A stretch of 64,000 nt of DNA from a virus (Duplodnaviria; Caudoviricetes). The DNA lies in IMG/VR virus record IMGVR_UViG_3300033075_001021. The stretch is one strand, 5' to 3'. The notes below the pieces were generated by a model. It was given only the letters and a program-made list of their open reading frames with translations, made no database searches and was not told where the DNA came from. Positions 25,635-36,742 of the stretch are shown here, in pieces. The position numbers and the translations under genes were made by a program. How positions within the stretch are numbered: the first letter of the stretch is position 1; every line of letters begins with the position of its first letter.

Positions 25635-26465
25635 TTACTCTCTTATTAAACTGTAAAGACTATGAGCATTGTGTCTTAATTTTCTAATGGCTTTTTCTTT
25701 AATTTGTCGGATTCTTTCTTTGGTTAAATCGTATTTTTCGCCAATCGCCTCAAGTGTCATAGGCTCACAGTCTGTATTGATACCAAAATAACATTCGATG
25801 ATGTTTCTTTCTCTTTCATCCAATACAGAAAGTGTTTTATTCAATTCATCTTTAATCCTGTTGTCAATAAAAAGCTTTTCAGCTTCTTCGTCATTAACAA
25901 CAATAAGGTCAATTAACTCATCACCATCTTCATTTATCACCTCATTCAATGAGTTGCATTTTGGATGTGTGAATAATTCAACTGGTTCATTGTTCTCATC
26001 TAAGATTTCACCATAGATTGGTTCACGCTCATTCTCAAACTCAAACTTTTCAATTTCTTTTTTAAGTTGAGAAAGCTTATTGATAATATTGGCTGGAAGC
26101 CTTACTGTTCTTGCATTTTCATTAAGGCTTTGAATAATTGATTGCTTAATCCACCATACAGCGTATGATATAAATCTAAACCCACGGGTGTGGTCAAATC
26201 TTGTGGCAGCTTTTACTAGGCCATAGTTTCCTTCGCTGATTAAATCAGATAAAGGTAAGCCTTGGTTTTGATAATCTTTAGCGATTGAAACAACAAATTT
26301 AAGGTTCGCATTTACCAATTTTTCAACGGCTTCTTGGTTACCTTCTTTAATTTGTTTTGCTAATTCTGTTTCTTCGTCTGGGGTTAAAAGGGTTGTTTTC
26401 CTTAGGTCTTTAAAATACTTTGATAAGCTTCTTTCATCATCAAAATTTACAAATTTTTTGGTCAT
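25635..26465 (-). CDS. RNA polymerase sigma70 factor (RpoD-like, Bacteroidota type lacking region 1.1)
   Basis: LVNANLKFVVSIAK, DLISEGNYGL, RGFRFISYAVWWIKQSI, MTLEAIG...LTKERIRQIKEKA. Confidence 0.93.
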   Translation of the reverse strand: MTKKFVNFDDERSLSKYFKDLRKTTLLTPDEETELAKQIKEGNQEAVEKLVNANLKFVVSIAKDYQNQGLPLSDLISEGNYGLVKAATRFDHTRGFRFISYAVWWIKQSIIQSLNENARTVRLPANIINKLSQLKKEIEKFEFENEREPIYGEILDENNEPVELFTHPKCNSLNEVINEDGDELIDLIVVNDEEAEKLFIDNRIKDELNKTLSVLDERERNIIECYFGINTDCEPMTLEAIGEKYDLTKERIRQIKEKAIRKLRHNAHSLYSLIRE

Positions 26466-26544
26466 TAAATAATCATTTCTATAAAATTGTTATATTACTC
26501 GGATAATTACAAATATACGAAAAATACTCAAAAAGTCAAGATTT

Positions 26545-27036
26545 TTACCTGGTTTTTTTGATTGATTTTTCCTTCTTAGCAATTTCATCCCTCAACTTTA
26601 CTGCAAGTTCAAAGTCCTCATTTTCAACCGCTAATTGTAATTTTTCTTCTAGCGTAATATTATCAACTTGATTATCTTTTTGTTTAAAACTTCTTGTAAC
26701 AGTTGTGGAACTTATTTCATGGATAAGGTTATTGGTCTTTTCTTTAAGCGTTTCATCATTCATATCTTTCAAAAAGCCAAATAACCCCTCGTTTATTTCA
26801 TTTTTTACCATATGGAAACCCGAATTTTCAGAATTCAGGTCGAAAATTAGGAAATTTCGCCCATTTAGTTTAAAATAATCGGTTAATTCTCTAGGTTCTG
26901 CGACTGAAGAGAATGTTGCTATTAATATTCCCTTTGCGTCCAAAACATTTGGTTTTGTCTCGGAAACCTTGATGATTTCCGCTAAAACGTTTTGTGTGTC
27001 CCCCATTACGACTATGCAATAATTTCTAAATTTCAT
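26545..27036 (-). CDS. Hypothetical protein with a C-terminal UVR motif
   Basis: LEEKLQLAVENEDFELAVKLRDEI. Confidence 0.7.
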   Translation of the reverse strand: MKFRNYCIVVMGDTQNVLAEIIKVSETKPNVLDAKGILIATFSSVAEPRELTDYFKLNGRNFLIFDLNSENSGFHMVKNEINEGLFGFLKDMNDETLKEKTNNLIHEISSTTVTRSFKQKDNQVDNITLEEKLQLAVENEDFELAVKLRDEIAKKEKSIKKTR

Positions 27037-27074
27037 GTTTTATCTTTTTTTTTTACAAATATACTTAACGTATT

Positions 27075-29432
27075 TTAACTTACCGTTACTTCCGATACAT
27101 TTTCAGTTTTTTTAACTGTAACAATATTATCACCCCAATCCTTCACAATATCATTGTGTGTAATCAAAAAGACAATTTCATACATGTTTTTAATCTTATC
27201 AAACAAGGGCTTAAGCTTCTCAAGATTCTCATTAGACACCTTACCCATAACCTCATCAAAGGTGATAAAATTAGGCATTGGAAGGGTTGATAGCTTACCT
27301 AAAACCCCTCTTAAGGCTAAACTTGCCGCTGTTTTCTCAAATCCACTACCAGATTTAAGCGCTTTTGAAATTCCATCCTTATTCTGTAAGAATTGCACAT
27401 CATTCTTATCATCTATAAATATCTCAATTTCAAAATCACACACACCGTCCAATAATCTCTGTACTTCAGCATTGATTACTGGTAGAACTGAGCGTAATAC
27501 CAATTTACTAATACCTTTCTTACCAACTAAATCAATGTAGAGTTTGTAAATTCTTTCAATTTCTTCTTCCTTCTTAATTTGTTCAATCATATCCTTTTTA
27601 AATACAATTGCATCTTCATTCAACTTAATCTCTTGCTTTATTTTCTCCAACTTTGATAACGTATCGTCTTTAGTGAAATCTGCAACAGCTAATTTTGTTT
27701 TAATCATATTTACTTCGGCATCAACGCTTCTATTAAACTCTATTGCTTCTTCATTTAATTTGTATTTTTTCAAATCATTTTTCTTAGAAACAATTTTGTT
27801 TCGTAAAGAACCAATTTCAACTTCAATTCTGTCTTTGTCAAGTTCAATTCTGTTCTTTTCATCAACAAGTTTTTTGGTATCATTTAAAGTTGATAATTCG
27901 CTCAGCACAACTTGCTGTCTTTCATGAAGATTTATGATATTCTTTTCAAGCTCTTCGATTAAAATTGTATGATTATTAATATGTTCGGTGTTATCAACAT
28001 CATCAAGTTTTCTATTACAAGCTTTACAAATCCCACCGTCAATAAGATTTTGAATTGTTTCTTTTAACCTAGTAATTTCACCCCTTTTGGTCCCCATCGA
28101 AATCATTATTTGATTATTCTCTGTGGTGAGCGCATGATGTTGGTCCTCATCAAAATCAATTTGACCAATATTCGAAATCTTACCTTCCAACTCTTTGATT
28201 TTTGCGGCAAGATTTTTACCCTTGGTTGTAATGTCTTCAATTTCCTCTTCTAGCTTAGTTGGGTTGAGGGTATTAATACTAACGTCTATCGTTATTTTAC
28301 TATTTAAGAGTCTGTCATTCTCTTTATTTAGTGTTGTAATTTCTTTTTTAGTAGACTCAAGTTTACTTTCTAGGTCACTCTTGATTTGATTACCCATGGC
28401 AATCTTCTCATTATGTCCTTCAATATCTGTGTTTAATGTAATAATATCGTATTCATTTGATTTCTTTTTCTTATCAAATTCATTATACATTTTTCTTACC
28501 ACACCCTCTTTCATCTCAATAACCTCAAGACCAATCAGTCTTGTTAGGACTTTTCCGCTTTCGGTTGTGGTTAAACCAATCAAGTCATCAAGATTTTTTT
28601 CCGTTGCAAGAACAAGCATTTCAAAATCTTTTTCACTACCAACGGTTTCTCTTATCTTGCTGGTCGTTCTCTTTGCATCTTCCTCGTTCATTTCTTTTTC
28701 TTCGCCGTCTGGAAGTAGTTCGTAATAGTTAACCTTATTGGTTACTGTCCATCCACCAGCTCTTTTTGCCGAGCGTTTCATTTTTCTTTCAATGATGATT
28801 TCTTCACCACCTATGTCAATCATTCCCCTTACAACCAATTCATTTTTATCCCTAAATGTGTTAAACACATCTTCGTTTTTGTCGGTTTTTGTTGTGTTTC
28901 CATGTAACAGGAATTTCAAAGCATCAATTGTAAGAGTAGTTTTACCGCCTTGATTGGCTGGTAAAGAATTTACTACTGTTAGGCCCTTTAATTTATTAAA
29001 AGGAACAAAATTATCATCACCAAACGATAAAAAATTATCCAATTTTATCCATTTGATTGACCATGACTTATGTTGTTGTTGATTATCTTCAATATTGAGT
29101 TCAGCGTTAACCTTTTCGTCAAGTTTTATGATTCTATCAAAATCAACAACTTTATTTTCACGCTTAATCCATTCACGCATGAGTTCACGTTGGTAATTAA
29201 TATCCATGATGTTCTCAATACTAGCCCCATCAATTTCAATTACATCACCAGTGTCTGTAAACTTAACTGGCCTATAAATAACATCGATGTTATTTTTATT
29301 TACACCATACTTCTTAGCAAAATGATTTTTAATTCTATTTTTGCTTTCTTTACTGTAATTCTCTGGCCTATCATCCCAATAGACTTTGATTTTAGAATAC
29401 GGTGAAATTTTTAATTGTAGCTCATTCGCCAT
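27075..29432 (-). CDS. SbcC/Rad50 (gp46-like) recombination ATPase
   Basis: NFLSFG, NQGGKTT (Walker A), coiled coil with CKAC hook, SGSGFEK, FITFDE, LITH. Confidence 0.9.
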   Translation of the reverse strand: MANELQLKISPYSKIKVYWDDRPENYSKESKNRIKNHFAKKYGVNKNNIDVIYRPVKFTDTGDVIEIDGASIENIMDINYQRELMREWIKRENKVVDFDRIIKLDEKVNAELNIEDNQQQHKSWSIKWIKLDNFLSFGDDNFVPFNKLKGLTVVNSLPANQGGKTTLTIDALKFLLHGNTTKTDKNEDVFNTFRDKNELVVRGMIDIGGEEIIIERKMKRSAKRAGGWTVTNKVNYYELLPDGEEKEMNEEDAKRTTSKIRETVGSEKDFEMLVLATEKNLDDLIGLTTTESGKVLTRLIGLEVIEMKEGVVRKMYNEFDKKKKSNEYDIITLNTDIEGHNEKIAMGNQIKSDLESKLESTKKEITTLNKENDRLLNSKITIDVSINTLNPTKLEEEIEDITTKGKNLAAKIKELEGKISNIGQIDFDEDQHHALTTENNQIMISMGTKRGEITRLKETIQNLIDGGICKACNRKLDDVDNTEHINNHTILIEELEKNIINLHERQQVVLSELSTLNDTKKLVDEKNRIELDKDRIEVEIGSLRNKIVSKKNDLKKYKLNEEAIEFNRSVDAEVNMIKTKLAVADFTKDDTLSKLEKIKQEIKLNEDAIVFKKDMIEQIKKEEEIERIYKLYIDLVGKKGISKLVLRSVLPVINAEVQRLLDGVCDFEIEIFIDDKNDVQFLQNKDGISKALKSGSGFEKTAASLALRGVLGKLSTLPMPNFITFDEVMGKVSNENLEKLKPLFDKIKNMYEIVFLITHNDIVKDWGDNIVTVKKTENVSEVTVS

Positions 29433-29751
29433 AAATGTCTTTTTTCTTTTTCTTTTCTTCTTCCAGAGCTTGTTTGGTTTGATTAAGCTCTTCGGTTATT
29501 TGATTAATCCTTTCGGTTAGTTTGACTACCTCTTCATTGTTCGTGATGAACACTTCTTTTTCAACAATTTTTTCTACTGGTACCTCGACAATCTTTTCAA
29601 TAACTTTTTCTGGGGCTGATGGTGCGGCACCATATTTTTCAACGGTAAACCCTTGTTGGAGACACTTCATTTTGAAGTCATCTATGCTTGTTATGTTATT
29701 GACCCTGCAATAATCCCAAATTTCATCATTTAGCTGCTTCGGTATCGTCAT
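29422..29751 (-). CDS. Hypothetical protein with EKIVE repeats
   Basis: EKVIEKIVEVPVEKIVEKEV. Confidence 0.65.
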   Translation of the reverse strand: MTIPKQLNDEIWDYCRVNNITSIDDFKMKCLQQGFTVEKYGAAPSAPEKVIEKIVEVPVEKIVEKEVFITNNEEVVKLTERINQITEELNQTKQALEEEKKKKKDIYGE

Positions 29752-29986
29752 CTTCGTCTTGTTTTGGATTATAAACGCTATTCACGTCTTCTTGTGTTTG
29801 ATGGAAAAAACACACTTCGTGTGAGTGGTCATCAACATACAATGCAATTATAGGTTTGTCTATACGATAAACCATGCTATCTTCATCTTCTATATCAAGA
29901 TAGCCTACTTCGCCATTAACTACTTCGTAGTTATCCATTTCTTCTGGAATTTGGCTAAGAAATTCTCTAAGTTCTCTTAATGTCAT
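29726..29986 (-). CDS. Hypothetical acidic protein
   Basis: 86-aa ORF. Confidence 0.65.
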   Translation of the reverse strand: MTLRELREFLSQIPEEMDNYEVVNGEVGYLDIEDEDSMVYRIDKPIIALYVDDHSHEVCFFHQTQEDVNSVYNPKQDEDDDTEAAK

Positions 29987-30798
29987 AAGTTTGTTATTAA
30001 TTCTTTGTTATTATCTAAATCTTCAAGAGACCTTATCCTGAAGTTGTAAAATGAATATTTATTTTCAACATTATATTCTGTAAACGTTTTGGTTTCAACA
30101 TCCCAAATTAAGTATCCATGGTTGGATACATTCTCACCAAAATTCTGTTGAATAAGTGAACTTGGGTATGCTATTGGTATTCCCTTGTAATTAAAACTCT
30201 GGCGCTTATGGATATCACCAAGCATTACCATATCGCAACCTTCAAATATTTCTAAGTCAGCACCATGGTCAATGATATATCCAATATCTGTTTTTGCATT
30301 TATGATAGGTGCGTGATATAACCCAATGTAGGTTTTATCATCACCAAATTCTTGTCTAGCAGCTTCAATGTTTGGTCGAATATTACCTTCAAAAATGCTG
30401 TAAACACACCATACAATGTTATCATCTAAATAACATTTGCTTTCTTTAAAATAGTTTACGTTGGCTTCTGGTAAAAATTGAACCATTGGGGTGATGCTGT
30501 CAACACGGTCCCGATTATTTTCAAGTAGGTCGTGATTTCCAGCTATGATAATGACAGGGGCAATTTTTTCTAATTGCTTAATGAACCAAGTGCCCAAAAT
30601 GAGCTGTTCATTTGATATGATGATTTTTTGATGAACCAAATCCCCAGCAATGACAATCCTAATCTCATCTTTCTGGTAATCTTTTAAATCATTTGTTAGT
30701 TGTTTTAAAAACGTTTTAAAAACATCTTTATACTCTTCGTGTAAACGATAAGTGCGAATATGAATATCGGCTAGATGTACAATTTTTTTTACTGGCAT
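29983..30798 (-). CDS. SbcD/Mre11 (gp47-like) metallophosphoesterase nuclease
   Basis: HLADIH, AGDLVH, AGNHD, MLGDIHK, YPSSLIQQNFGE. Confidence 0.9.
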   Translation of the reverse strand: MPVKKIVHLADIHIRTYRLHEEYKDVFKTFLKQLTNDLKDYQKDEIRIVIAGDLVHQKIIISNEQLILGTWFIKQLEKIAPVIIIAGNHDLLENNRDRVDSITPMVQFLPEANVNYFKESKCYLDDNIVWCVYSIFEGNIRPNIEAARQEFGDDKTYIGLYHAPIINAKTDIGYIIDHGADLEIFEGCDMVMLGDIHKRQSFNYKGIPIAYPSSLIQQNFGENVSNHGYLIWDVETKTFTEYNVENKYSFYNFRIRSLEDLDNNKELITNL

Positions 30799-30803
30799 TT
30801 CTT

Positions 30804-31562
30804 TTATTTAAACTCAGTGTTATACTTATGAAGTTCAAGAAGTTTTTTGGCTTCGTGCTTCATATACATTATTTGAATCTTCTCAAATGTTTCTTTAGTC
30901 TTATCCCAATAACCAATCCAAATCTGACGGCATTTCTTTCCAGTTTCCATCTCATACATAAGTGCATATGTGCTTAACTGAAGAGTATAGATTGACCATT
31001 GACAATTTTGTAAGTAATCGAAAGGCTTGAGTAAAGTCTCAAACCCATACGGGTTGTAATAATTAAAAATACGATTGGTTTTCCAGTCACCAACGTCAAA
31101 CCATATTGGGTCAACATCAACAATAAGGTCAGACATACCAGCAATCTTATATTCTTCAGCAAACATAATACGTTCTGGTTGCATTCTAACACCTTCGTCA
31201 ATCTTCAAGTTATTGTAACCAGCAATAACTTTTTTTGCTAACTCATCATCAGGAAACCACCACTTATTCTTTTTTAAGTACGTCTCCACAATATCATGGA
31301 CCTTCGTTCCGTATGTATTTGCTTCATCATTTAACATTTGCCAATACTCCAGAATCTGTGCTTTATTCATCCCAATATATCGTTCCTGTTTCACATTGTC
31401 TAACTGGCGTACAATAGCTTCAGCCACTGCTGGGGCATCAAAATGTGGTTCAATGCTAGCAATGGCTTTTGTTACTGAGCTGTATTTTATACCAGTTTCT
31501 CTGTGAATATATACGTGTTCAATGGGTTCTAGATATACGGGTCCCACATGTTCTTTTACCAT
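30804..31562 (-). CDS. PD-(D/E)xK exonuclease
   Basis: YSSVT, GTKVH, IAGMSDL, DWKTN, YTLQLSTYA. Confidence 0.8.
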   Translation of the reverse strand: MVKEHVGPVYLEPIEHVYIHRETGIKYSSVTKAIASIEPHFDAPAVAEAIVRQLDNVKQERYIGMNKAQILEYWQMLNDEANTYGTKVHDIVETYLKKNKWWFPDDELAKKVIAGYNNLKIDEGVRMQPERIMFAEEYKIAGMSDLIVDVDPIWFDVGDWKTNRIFNYYNPYGFETLLKPFDYLQNCQWSIYTLQLSTYALMYEMETGKKCRQIWIGYWDKTKETFEKIQIMYMKHEAKKLLELHKYNTEFK

Positions 31563-31601
31563 AGAACAAATATACTAAATTATTCGCTGAAATGCAATAT
31601 A

Positions 31602-32555
31602 TTATATGATTTTTTCTAATTCCTCAAGCGTTTTGGCATTTTTTAAGGCTTTTATAATGCCTCTTTTACCCCATTTTTCGTGTATAAGACTAGGGTCGTA
31701 CTTTTCTGGGACTAAAACAATCCGAATTCTACCCCTCAATACGCCAATATTAAGTTGATGATATAATCGCTTAGCATCTTCGAAAGCATCACCATCCAAA
31801 AATATTACCACATTGGCGCTTGCCTTGTCATAAATTTTTTCCAATAAAACTTGTGATATATATTTACCCAATAAGGGGATTGAATTCGGTGTAACAATGT
31901 GGTCTGTCGGGCCTTCTACAAGATATAACGTTGCATCCCAATTTACACGACCTTCATTGAAAATGATTAGTTGCTTTTCCACATCTGGATTAAGGTATTT
32001 CATTTTATTGTAATGACGGTCAAACCATCTACCAACAAAATAATTCAAGATACCATCCTCATCATATGAAGGAATAATAATCCTATTAAAATATTGACCC
32101 CTTGTTGTATAGCCAATATCAAATTTTTTAATTATGTCATCAGTGATACCACGTTTATGCAAATACTGCATAGCCGCATTGTATTTAAAATCTTTTGAAC
32201 TGCAATCCTTTAATTTTCTAAAACCCTCTGGTAGCTTGACTTCTATGTGTATTTTATCTTCGTTAGATAACTTTGAGTCTGGTTTGAATAACTTATAGTC
32301 CCTAAGAGATTTAGCGTTTCCGTACTTCTTAATTAACTTAATGATGGACCCGCTCATACCATGGGTATCTTTACATACCCAACACTTGAAAACATCTTTA
32401 TGATAATTCAATTCAAGGTTGCCTTTTCCGTCACCATCAGGCATACCTTTATCATTCGAACATGCTGGACAGTCAAAACTTATCTGACCAGTGCTTTCGT
32501 TATGTTTTCGGATGTCACCAAGGAAGCTTTCTAATATACTCGCAATATACGCCAC
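31602..32555 (-). CDS. DNA primase (Zn ribbon plus TOPRIM)
   Basis: CPAC...CWVC, YLHKRGI, RIIIP, KYLNP, LVEGPTD, FLDGDA. Confidence 0.88.
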   Translation of the reverse strand: MAYIASILESFLGDIRKHNESTGQISFDCPACSNDKGMPDGDGKGNLELNYHKDVFKCWVCKDTHGMSGSIIKLIKKYGNAKSLRDYKLFKPDSKLSNEDKIHIEVKLPEGFRKLKDCSSKDFKYNAAMQYLHKRGITDDIIKKFDIGYTTRGQYFNRIIIPSYDEDGILNYFVGRWFDRHYNKMKYLNPDVEKQLIIFNEGRVNWDATLYLVEGPTDHIVTPNSIPLLGKYISQVLLEKIYDKASANVVIFLDGDAFEDAKRLYHQLNIGVLRGRIRIVLVPEKYDPSLIHEKWGKRGIIKALKNAKTLEELEKII

Positions 32556-32625
32556 AAGACAAAGTTACGAAAAAAAATGCTATAAAGCAAAAAATCTGGG
32601 AAAACCCAGATTCTTTTAGTTTAAT

Positions 32626-33270
32626 TTATTTCCATAACCCATTCATTCTCATATATCCCATAACGGCTGTGTATGCGTCGGTCATATCAAAATTTTCTTT
32701 GGTTAGTTTGTTCTTTTTATCGTAAAACCACGTAATTTGTGGCTCAAGGTCGGCTACCATTTCCCAAATAACCATCTTTTTGTCGACATCATTATCATAT
32801 GCACCAAACAGAGTTGGTTTAGATTTTTTAATGTCTTTCTCGGTTTTTGGTGTCCCGTCTTTTTTAACGGTTCTAATACCCATTAACTGTGGAAAACCAT
32901 ATTTCCTCGCATCGTATGAAGAAATAAATTCAGGTACTATGCCAATCGTTTCATAAACAGACCGTGCTATCATTCCATTAAAACGCAATAAAGTCGCAAC
33001 GGTGTTTACGTTATTTGATTGTAGAAGGGGTTCCTCAATGATTACTCTTGTAATACCTACATCAGCATAATCATTCAAAAATTCCTTTTCAAAGATTCTA
33101 GCTTTCTCAAAAAGCTCTTCCATCTTGTTTTCTGGCTCAGGTTTAACTTTAGGGCTAACGTATTTAAGTAATTTTAAATCACCAGTTCCATTGTTTTCCT
33201 CAAACAATGCAATCCCTATGGTTTTGGTTGAAACGTCAAGGCCAAGAATTAAATTACTAGTTTTATCCAT
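32626..33270 (-). CDS. RuvC-like Holliday junction resolvase
   Basis: ILGLDVSTKTIG, VIIEEP, DMTDA. Confidence 0.75.
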   Translation of the reverse strand: MDKTSNLILGLDVSTKTIGIALFEENNGTGDLKLLKYVSPKVKPEPENKMEELFEKARIFEKEFLNDYADVGITRVIIEEPLLQSNNVNTVATLLRFNGMIARSVYETIGIVPEFISSYDARKYGFPQLMGIRTVKKDGTPKTEKDIKKSKPTLFGAYDNDVDKKMVIWEMVADLEPQITWFYDKKNKLTKENFDMTDAYTAVMGYMRMNGLWK

Positions 33271-33314
33271 GGTTTTTAGCTAATTATAAGGGTTAAGTTT
33301 AAAAACTAAATAGT

Positions 33315-34511
33315 TTACAAACTAATTTTAATACCCAAGGCTAAAAATTCATTAACATTTAATTCTACTTGTCTATCCATTTTAGCAATGGCGATTAAAT
33401 CCCCCTCCGCATCGTATAAACCAATCTCAGTTATTCTTGGCGTGTCAACAGCTGTAAATGTTGGATTTGTGGATTTTCCAAATTCACCCCTGTTTATAAT
33501 ACATGTGATATTTTGTGTCACTAACGTAGACACACTATTAAATACCGCTGTTGTTGCAGTTGAAGTAAGGTTAAACCAAGACACAAATGTTGGATGTGTG
33601 AGTACAACCAAACCTTTATCTAAATATGCTATACCAACTGGTTCATCAGCATATTGATTCATATTTGTGTCAGTCGTTAAATTATATGGTTGTTTATTAT
33701 TTAAGCTGAATGGTTTTGTAGTATTCCAACCACTAGCCCAACTAAGACTACCGTCACCATTTGGTCTTTTAATGTCATCACAGAATAACAACGCAACGTT
33801 ATCACCCAAGAAGTTTGTTGTTGGCGCTTTGTCGGATATATATCCGTCAAGTACCTTTAATTGTTGACCAGAATTTTGGAATGTTGAATAAATATTGTAT
33901 GTATCAAGATAAGTCTGGATAGTAAGTTTTATCGTTTTACCATCTAAAACTTCACCATATCTTGAATTGTCTATACCGATAACAACAATATCGTTTGTTG
34001 CTAATCCACTTAATGCTGTGTCTAAATAACCACCTTGGCTAAATGTAGTACCAGTGAATTTAAATTTATCATTAGCTGTTATCGGAAGATTAAAACTATA
34101 AAATAAGTTTGTTAATGGGTCAGTATTTGTATTTGCTTGGCTAATTAATTTTTGGGATATATTTGTTGTGGTAGCTGTTGCTATACCAATTTGACTAGTT
34201 GATATAACAATTTCAGATGATTGCGGTTCAACCGACTTTCTTGTTGCACCAGTACCATTAACTAATAATAAGCTTTTAATTGATACATTTTCACCAACAC
34301 TATTTGTTGTGGTGTTTGATGGGCCAATAGTACCACCATTTGCTGGAACTTGACCGCTTGTTAATGGTAATGGACAATAGTAATTCGCATCTGAGTCACC
34401 AAGACTAAATGATGTCACCAAATTATTATTGGTTTGTATTAACTTCTTTCTACCAAGTGGTGTTAACTTAGCTGTAAGTGTTGTAGTATTTGCTGTGTTT
34501 ATATATCCCAT
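33315..34511 (-). CDS. Virion tail/baseplate structural protein
   Basis: AKLTPLGRK N-terminus and ITEIGLYDAEGDLIAIAK tail-collar-like C-terminus. Confidence 0.7.
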   Translation of the reverse strand: MGYINTANTTTLTAKLTPLGRKKLIQTNNNLVTSFSLGDSDANYYCPLPLTSGQVPANGGTIGPSNTTTNSVGENVSIKSLLLVNGTGATRKSVEPQSSEIVISTSQIGIATATTTNISQKLISQANTNTDPLTNLFYSFNLPITANDKFKFTGTTFSQGGYLDTALSGLATNDIVVIGIDNSRYGEVLDGKTIKLTIQTYLDTYNIYSTFQNSGQQLKVLDGYISDKAPTTNFLGDNVALLFCDDIKRPNGDGSLSWASGWNTTKPFSLNNKQPYNLTTDTNMNQYADEPVGIAYLDKGLVVLTHPTFVSWFNLTSTATTAVFNSVSTLVTQNITCIINRGEFGKSTNPTFTAVDTPRITEIGLYDAEGDLIAIAKMDRQVELNVNEFLALGIKISL

Positions 34512-34522
34512 TTTAGTTTAAA

Positions 34523-36682
34523 TTAAAAGTCCATTGACAACTCTAACATTATTGTATTACCAGTTGTTAAAACCACTGGCTGACTTAGTTTACCAATTAC
34601 CACCATATCCCCATTTGTATCGTAAATGGCAACTTCAGTTACCCTTATATCTGGTGGGTTGGTTGATGGTTGTAAGCTTCTTGTTGGGTTAGTTGTTCTG
34701 TTAAAATCAGATGAATTTACCCTTACATCAAATATTGTTTTGAATATTGTTGCACCAATATAGGTTTCCAAATTACCATAGAAAAATCTTTCATCACCAA
34801 ACTGAAGAATATCTGAATTAGTATTTGGTGCCATTGATAATGGAAGTGTTATATCGTATGTTGTTGCAGCAGAATTAATCACCGTACTTAAAATAAAGCC
34901 CACTTGACCATCACAAAGGCTTGATGAATATGGGTTTTGATTTTCCAGTGCTAGTGGGTCAATGGTTTCACCAACGTTGGTTGTTAAACCAGTTGATGTA
35001 AAATCATATGCTTTCCAAGAACCTGGGTCTGGCCTATCATTAATATTATCAACAATTTGATAAAGAACCTTAAAATTAGTTGCGTAGAATCCCAAACCAT
35101 CATACAAAATACTCTCTTTCTTTCTCATGTATGGTAATTGGTCAATATCACTTATCTTAAATCCAACATCTTTCGTGGATGATGTTGTGTTTGTTATTTT
35201 GATATATGACTGACATGGCAATGTTTCTGTTAAACCAGTACCGCTTGTATTATCTAAAGCGTAAGTTATGTACATTGTTTTGTTTATATCCAATAAACCA
35301 GCAGATGTGCCACCAGTTGCGCTTATTAATTGAGCCGATAATTGTGGTAATGTCCAGTTTCTGTTTGATTTGTATGACATTGCAGCAACAATTTCATCGT
35401 CATGGATAACAACCATTTTAAGTTGTGGTAATACCTTACCAACTACTTTAGGTGTTGTAACATACGCCACATCTTCATATAAATCGTAATATTCAATATT
35501 GCTATTACCAATAACTTTAGATGTTCCACTAGCTGTAAACTTCATACCCATTTGTGTACCTTGTCCAGTAGCATAATTGCGTCTATGATACATGATATCT
35601 GGAATAGTAATACTTAATGTCTTACCATTTATTGTATCAATATAAAAGAATTCTCCATATAAATTTGATATTGTATTGTTGGTATAATGCAATAACGATA
35701 GAGATTTACTTACTGTATCGTCATAACTAAATCCAATCCCATTACATTCAGCCGCAGGCTCTGCAATATCAGTAGCACATAAGTACTCTAAATAAGGATT
35801 TTTAGTCCCCAAATAATCATATGAACCAAATTTGGTATAATTCTCATAAAGATTTGTTGTGGAAAGGCCAGTTACACCAGCTAAGTTTTCACACCAAACA
35901 TTATTCATATTCCAAACTTTAACATCATCACAAGTTATGTTTGTTGCAGAATCAAAGGAAAGTGTTCCCGAATCCCAATAAGCAGTTGATGTGTCATATC
36001 CAAATGAATCGGCTACTTCACCACCTCGATAAACGTAAACAAACGAAGTACTACCAGTTTGGTCTGAAAGGTTTGGTAGTTCCCTGTCAACAGTAATGGC
36101 GGTTCCACCAGTTGTTGTTGCTGTCGCTTGTATTTTATACCAAAGATTTGGTACAGCCCAAGTATTTTCTAATATTGTCGCACCAGTAGTTGTATAGTCG
36201 TTGATAGCTTTAAGTCTTATAAAATTACCAACATTTGCTGTAATTGCAGATGAGATATAGATAATCGTACCACCAGTTATTTTTGTGTCAAGAACAGAAC
36301 CTAAACCATTCATATAGGTGTCGCCTGTCATGGTAATGTTGGTTCCGCTAAAAAATCCTCTTTCTGTTGCCAAGTTATTAACAACAGCCTTAACAACACT
36401 AATGTTAGCTGGTGTAAGGGTGTTTAAATTGTTGGCGCTTTGGGTTGTAATAAAGGATTTGATATTTGGTTGTCTATCAAATGGTCTAAAAACCTTACTT
36501 GAGCCAGATAAAACTGGGTCAGATTGGTTGGCATCGACCACGGCCTCTCTGTCATAGTTTATTTCAGAGTCACCAATTGCCCAATAACCAAAATTTAATT
36601 GGCCTTTGGCAAGATTTTCACGACCTTTTTCAGTTAGTTTGATACTAACAAACGGACTGGTACTTTTAATAATATAGCTCAT
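34523..36682 (-). CDS. Virion tail/baseplate structural protein (paralog of 33315..34511)
   Basis: IKLTEKGRE...GDSE and VTEVAIYDTNGDMVVIGK. Confidence 0.7.
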   Translation of the reverse strand: MSYIIKSTSPFVSIKLTEKGRENLAKGQLNFGYWAIGDSEINYDREAVVDANQSDPVLSGSSKVFRPFDRQPNIKSFITTQSANNLNTLTPANISVVKAVVNNLATERGFFSGTNITMTGDTYMNGLGSVLDTKITGGTIIYISSAITANVGNFIRLKAINDYTTTGATILENTWAVPNLWYKIQATATTTGGTAITVDRELPNLSDQTGSTSFVYVYRGGEVADSFGYDTSTAYWDSGTLSFDSATNITCDDVKVWNMNNVWCENLAGVTGLSTTNLYENYTKFGSYDYLGTKNPYLEYLCATDIAEPAAECNGIGFSYDDTVSKSLSLLHYTNNTISNLYGEFFYIDTINGKTLSITIPDIMYHRRNYATGQGTQMGMKFTASGTSKVIGNSNIEYYDLYEDVAYVTTPKVVGKVLPQLKMVVIHDDEIVAAMSYKSNRNWTLPQLSAQLISATGGTSAGLLDINKTMYITYALDNTSGTGLTETLPCQSYIKITNTTSSTKDVGFKISDIDQLPYMRKKESILYDGLGFYATNFKVLYQIVDNINDRPDPGSWKAYDFTSTGLTTNVGETIDPLALENQNPYSSSLCDGQVGFILSTVINSAATTYDITLPLSMAPNTNSDILQFGDERFFYGNLETYIGATIFKTIFDVRVNSSDFNRTTNPTRSLQPSTNPPDIRVTEVAIYDTNGDMVVIGKLSQPVVLTTGNTIMLELSMDF

Positions 36683-36742
36683 AACCTATAAATATGTTTG
36701 TTTTTCTTTTTATTTTACTTATAAATAGCCAATTGTAAACAA

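Noticed and set aside
30804-31562. Cas4 / CRISPR adaptation gene
   Set aside because: It lacks the four-Cys Fe-S cluster pattern and has no cas or array context; it is an ordinary phage PD-(D/E)xK exonuclease.
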